Assembly (NCBI GenBank): GCA_964519895.1 | Contig: CAZFLE010000005.1 | Location: 16,417-80,416, forward strand | DNA: 64,000 bases | Direction: 5' to 3' | From: an uncultured Enterobacterales bacterium | Lineage (GTDB): Bacteria; Myxococcota_A; UBA796; CAJQPC01 | Shown: in pieces, positions 62,440-64,000 of the stretch | How the letters are laid out: every line of letters begins with the position of its first letter | Numbering within the stretch: position 1 is the stretch's first letter | Position numbers and translations under genes: made by a program | Notes under the pieces: generated by a model | The model's database searches: none | Told to the model about the DNA's origin: nothing | The model's input: only the letters and a program-made list of their open reading frames with translations

Positions 62440-64000
62440 CTACTCCCCCCGCAGCGCCGCCCCCCGAGCCTCGGCCTTTTCCCACATGCGCACATAGCCC
62501 TCGGCCGAGCGAAACAGCGGTTCCAGGTCGTCGTCGCTCAGGGCATCGGTCCGGGCGTCCTCGATCAGTTCGGCGAGCAGCCCCACGTGGATCATGCCCT
62601 CGGTGTTGTAGTCCACGATCCGCTCGCCGAGGGTGGGCTGGGAGAACGTCACGGCGCCGTCGTAGCTGGTGAAGGGGTAGTCCACGGGGTCGGCCTGGTC
62701 GTCTCCACAGCCCTCGTCGCCGAAGCGGGGACCGTGGGCGCCGGCGAAGCCGTTGAAGTCGAAGCCGAAGCCCTCGGCGGGGTAGCCCCCCATCTCTTCG
62801 ATCAGGGCGATCCGGTCCAGGTAGTCCCGCAGGCTCTGCCCTGGCTGGTCCGGGTCGTGGCAACGACGGAACTTGGTCTTGGACACCCCGCCCAGCGCAT
62901 AGAGCCGCCCGTCCCAGTGGCGCCCGTGGGACCCGGCTCCCGGGTAGTCGTGCTGCTCCATCAGCGCATAGGCCTGCTCAAAGGCCCGCGCCGGCAGGTG
63001 GTCGAGCTCCAGGATCAGGCCCCGGGTCATGAGCTCCCAGACCAGGAACTCGCCCAGCGCCGTGAACCCGTGGTTCTGGCACCAGTCGCCGTCCAGCGAG
63101 CCCTGCTCGATGTAGTAGTAGTAGGGCGCGATAGTCAGGAGCGGCTCATAGGGCAGCCCGCTCACGTCGTTCGGGGGAGGCGCCAGGTAGTCGTCCCGGG
63201 CCTGGAGCAGCCCTCCGAAGTCCAGGTCACCGCCATCCCCGGCCGGGGTGTCGGGACAGTCCTCGGTCATGTTCGTCCAGTGGCCGCTGTTCAGGAAGTT
63301 CCCGAGCTCGATGAAGCCGCCCGCGCCGTCGCCCGGCGCAAAGGCGTTGTCGTACTTGTGCACCGGAAAGATCGCCCGCACCCCCCGGGCCTGGTAGGCG
63401 TCGAGCTCGGCGAGCACGGTCTCCTGGGTGCAGCCGGTCTTGCCGACTCGGGGCAGCAGGCGGCAGTCGAAGAGGTCGGACACCTCGATGCCCAGCACCA
63501 CCGCGAGCTTGCCGTCGGCGATGACCGCGCGGGCCTCGGCCGGGGTCTGCACGACCCGGAACCAGCCGAGCCCTGGGCCGCCGGATCGGGCGTCGATGTA
63601 GTCCTGCAGCGCCCAGGTCTCGTCGACGATGCGGTCGATGGCGGTCATGTCCTCGCAGTCGTAGCGGGCGGGCTGGTACCCCTCGCCCACCGTGACGTGG
63701 CAGATGACCGAGTTGCTGGTGGCGTGCTGGACCACCAGCCGCAGTCCGGCCAGCCAGGCCCGCTCGAGCCAGCGGAAGTACTGGGCCTGGTGGGTCGAGC
63801 GCTTGCGGGCGTCGGGCCAGTCGGTGAAGGTCGGGTAGCCGTCGGTCGCGTGGTTGTCTTCGCTGAGCTCGCCGGCGATCAGGTCCGGGAGCATGTCGCC
63901 GATGTCCGAGCTGTCGTTGCCAGAGGCGTCAAAGGCGAAGCCGAAGAAGTCCTGGCGCCCGTTGACCCCGTGGTAGGTCTCGCAGTCGCCCAGCGCGTGC
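62440..64000 (-). CDS. Membrane-dipeptidase (M19)-like amidohydrolase-fold protein, 5' end outside the window
   Basis: The frame stays open from 63999 ('HALGDCETYHGVNG..') through M at 63894. 'GKLAVVLGIEVSDLF..LDAYQARGVRAIFPVHKYDNAFA', 'GLILELDHLPARAF', 'GFGFDFNGFAG' and C-terminal 'LFRSAEGYVRMWEKAE' follow the order of M19 motifs. Confidence 0.6.
   Translation of the reverse strand, partial: HALGDCETYHGVNGRQDFFGFAFDASGNDSSDIGDMLPDLIAGELSEDNHATDGYPTFTDWPDARKRSTHQAQYFRWLERAWLAGLRLVVQHATSNSVICHVTVGEGYQPARYDCEDMTAIDRIVDETWALQDYIDARSGGPGLGWFRVVQTPAEARAVIADGKLAVVLGIEVSDLFDCRLLPRVGKTGCTQETVLAELDAYQARGVRAIFPVHKYDNAFAPGDGAGGFIELGNFLNSGHWTNMTEDCPDTPAGDGGDLDFGGLLQARDDYLAPPPNDVSGLPYEPLLTIAPYYYYIEQGSLDGDWCQNHGFTALGEFLVWELMTRGLILELDHLPARAFEQAYALMEQHDYPGAGSHGRHWDGRLYALGGVSKTKFRRCHDPDQPGQSLRDYLDRIALIEEMGGYPAEGFGFDFNGFAGAHGPRFGDEGCGDDQADPVDYPFTSYDGAVTFSQPTLGERIVDYNTEGMIHVGLLAELIEDARTDALSDDDLEPLFRSAEGYVRMWEKAEARGAALRGE

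Noticed and set aside
1-64000. Mobile elements, prophage, or a defence island (restriction-modification, CBASS, retron, toxin-antitoxin pairs)
   Set aside because: No transposase, integrase, reverse transcriptase, ATPase/nuclease defence signatures or small paired ORFs were recognised in any frame.

Overview
High-GC (roughly 70%), gene-dense bacterial chromosomal DNA. I found no rRNA, tRNA, CRISPR array, transposase or integrase. The gene content suggests a Myxococcota-like organism (inference only): MopE-type 'DADGDG..CDD..PGA.E.CDG.DNDC' motifs, Thr/Asp/Gly-rich lipoprotein linkers, and a secretome rich in LTD, CotH, FG-GAP, PSCyt and DUF1501 proteins. Most long ORFs in the supplied track are antisense or out-of-frame shadows (Arg/Pro/Gly-rich), and several real genes carry spurious 5' extensions. 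I re-set starts where the sequence allowed. The main result is in the left 14 kb. It is one uninterrupted minus-strand ORF from ATG 13949 past position 1, at least 4,649 codons. The ORF track omits it because it has no stop inside the window. Hand translation shows these parts in order: an N-terminal DUF4157-type HExxH domain, an acidic linker, a long helical region, annexin-type 'GxGTDE' repeats, and a hydrophobic Gly-zipper segment. Two internal toxin-type domains follow, an EndoU-like nuclease and a RelA/SpoT-like nucleotidyltransferase. Each is preceded by a copy of the same ~55-aa LysM-like module. More than 2,000 aa of Lys/Glu-rich helical sequence then continue off the window. This looks like a giant multi-effector polymorphic toxin. 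No cognate immunity gene or secretion apparatus is visible in the window. The rest of the window has five parts. (i) 16.3-37.4 kb holds an envelope or exopolymer remodelling locus: an LTDx5 lipoprotein, three sulfatase-fold paralogs with Thr in place of the formylglycine Cys, a GT-C/GT39-like glycosyltransferase, a GH-A-like hydrolase, a metallophosphoesterase, a true Cys-type Tat sulfatase, and an MBOAT plus SGNH-like pair. (ii) Two GMC oxidoreductase paralogs. (iii) A secreted and lipoprotein block: CotH kinase-like, di-haem CCP-like propeller, FG-GAP/ASPIC, DUF1588-like plus DUF1501, alpha/beta hydrolase, PLD, RCC1-like, and a beta-helix protein. (iv) An OPA-family MFS transporter plus a class-III aminotransferase. 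(v) A partial M19-like amidohydrolase at the right edge. Non-coding observations are a small family of nested double palindromes in intergenic regions, a recurrent TAGAGTCC motif upstream of lipoprotein genes, a few AT-rich or palindromic islands in divergent promoter regions, and many very short uncharged lipoprotein signal peptides.
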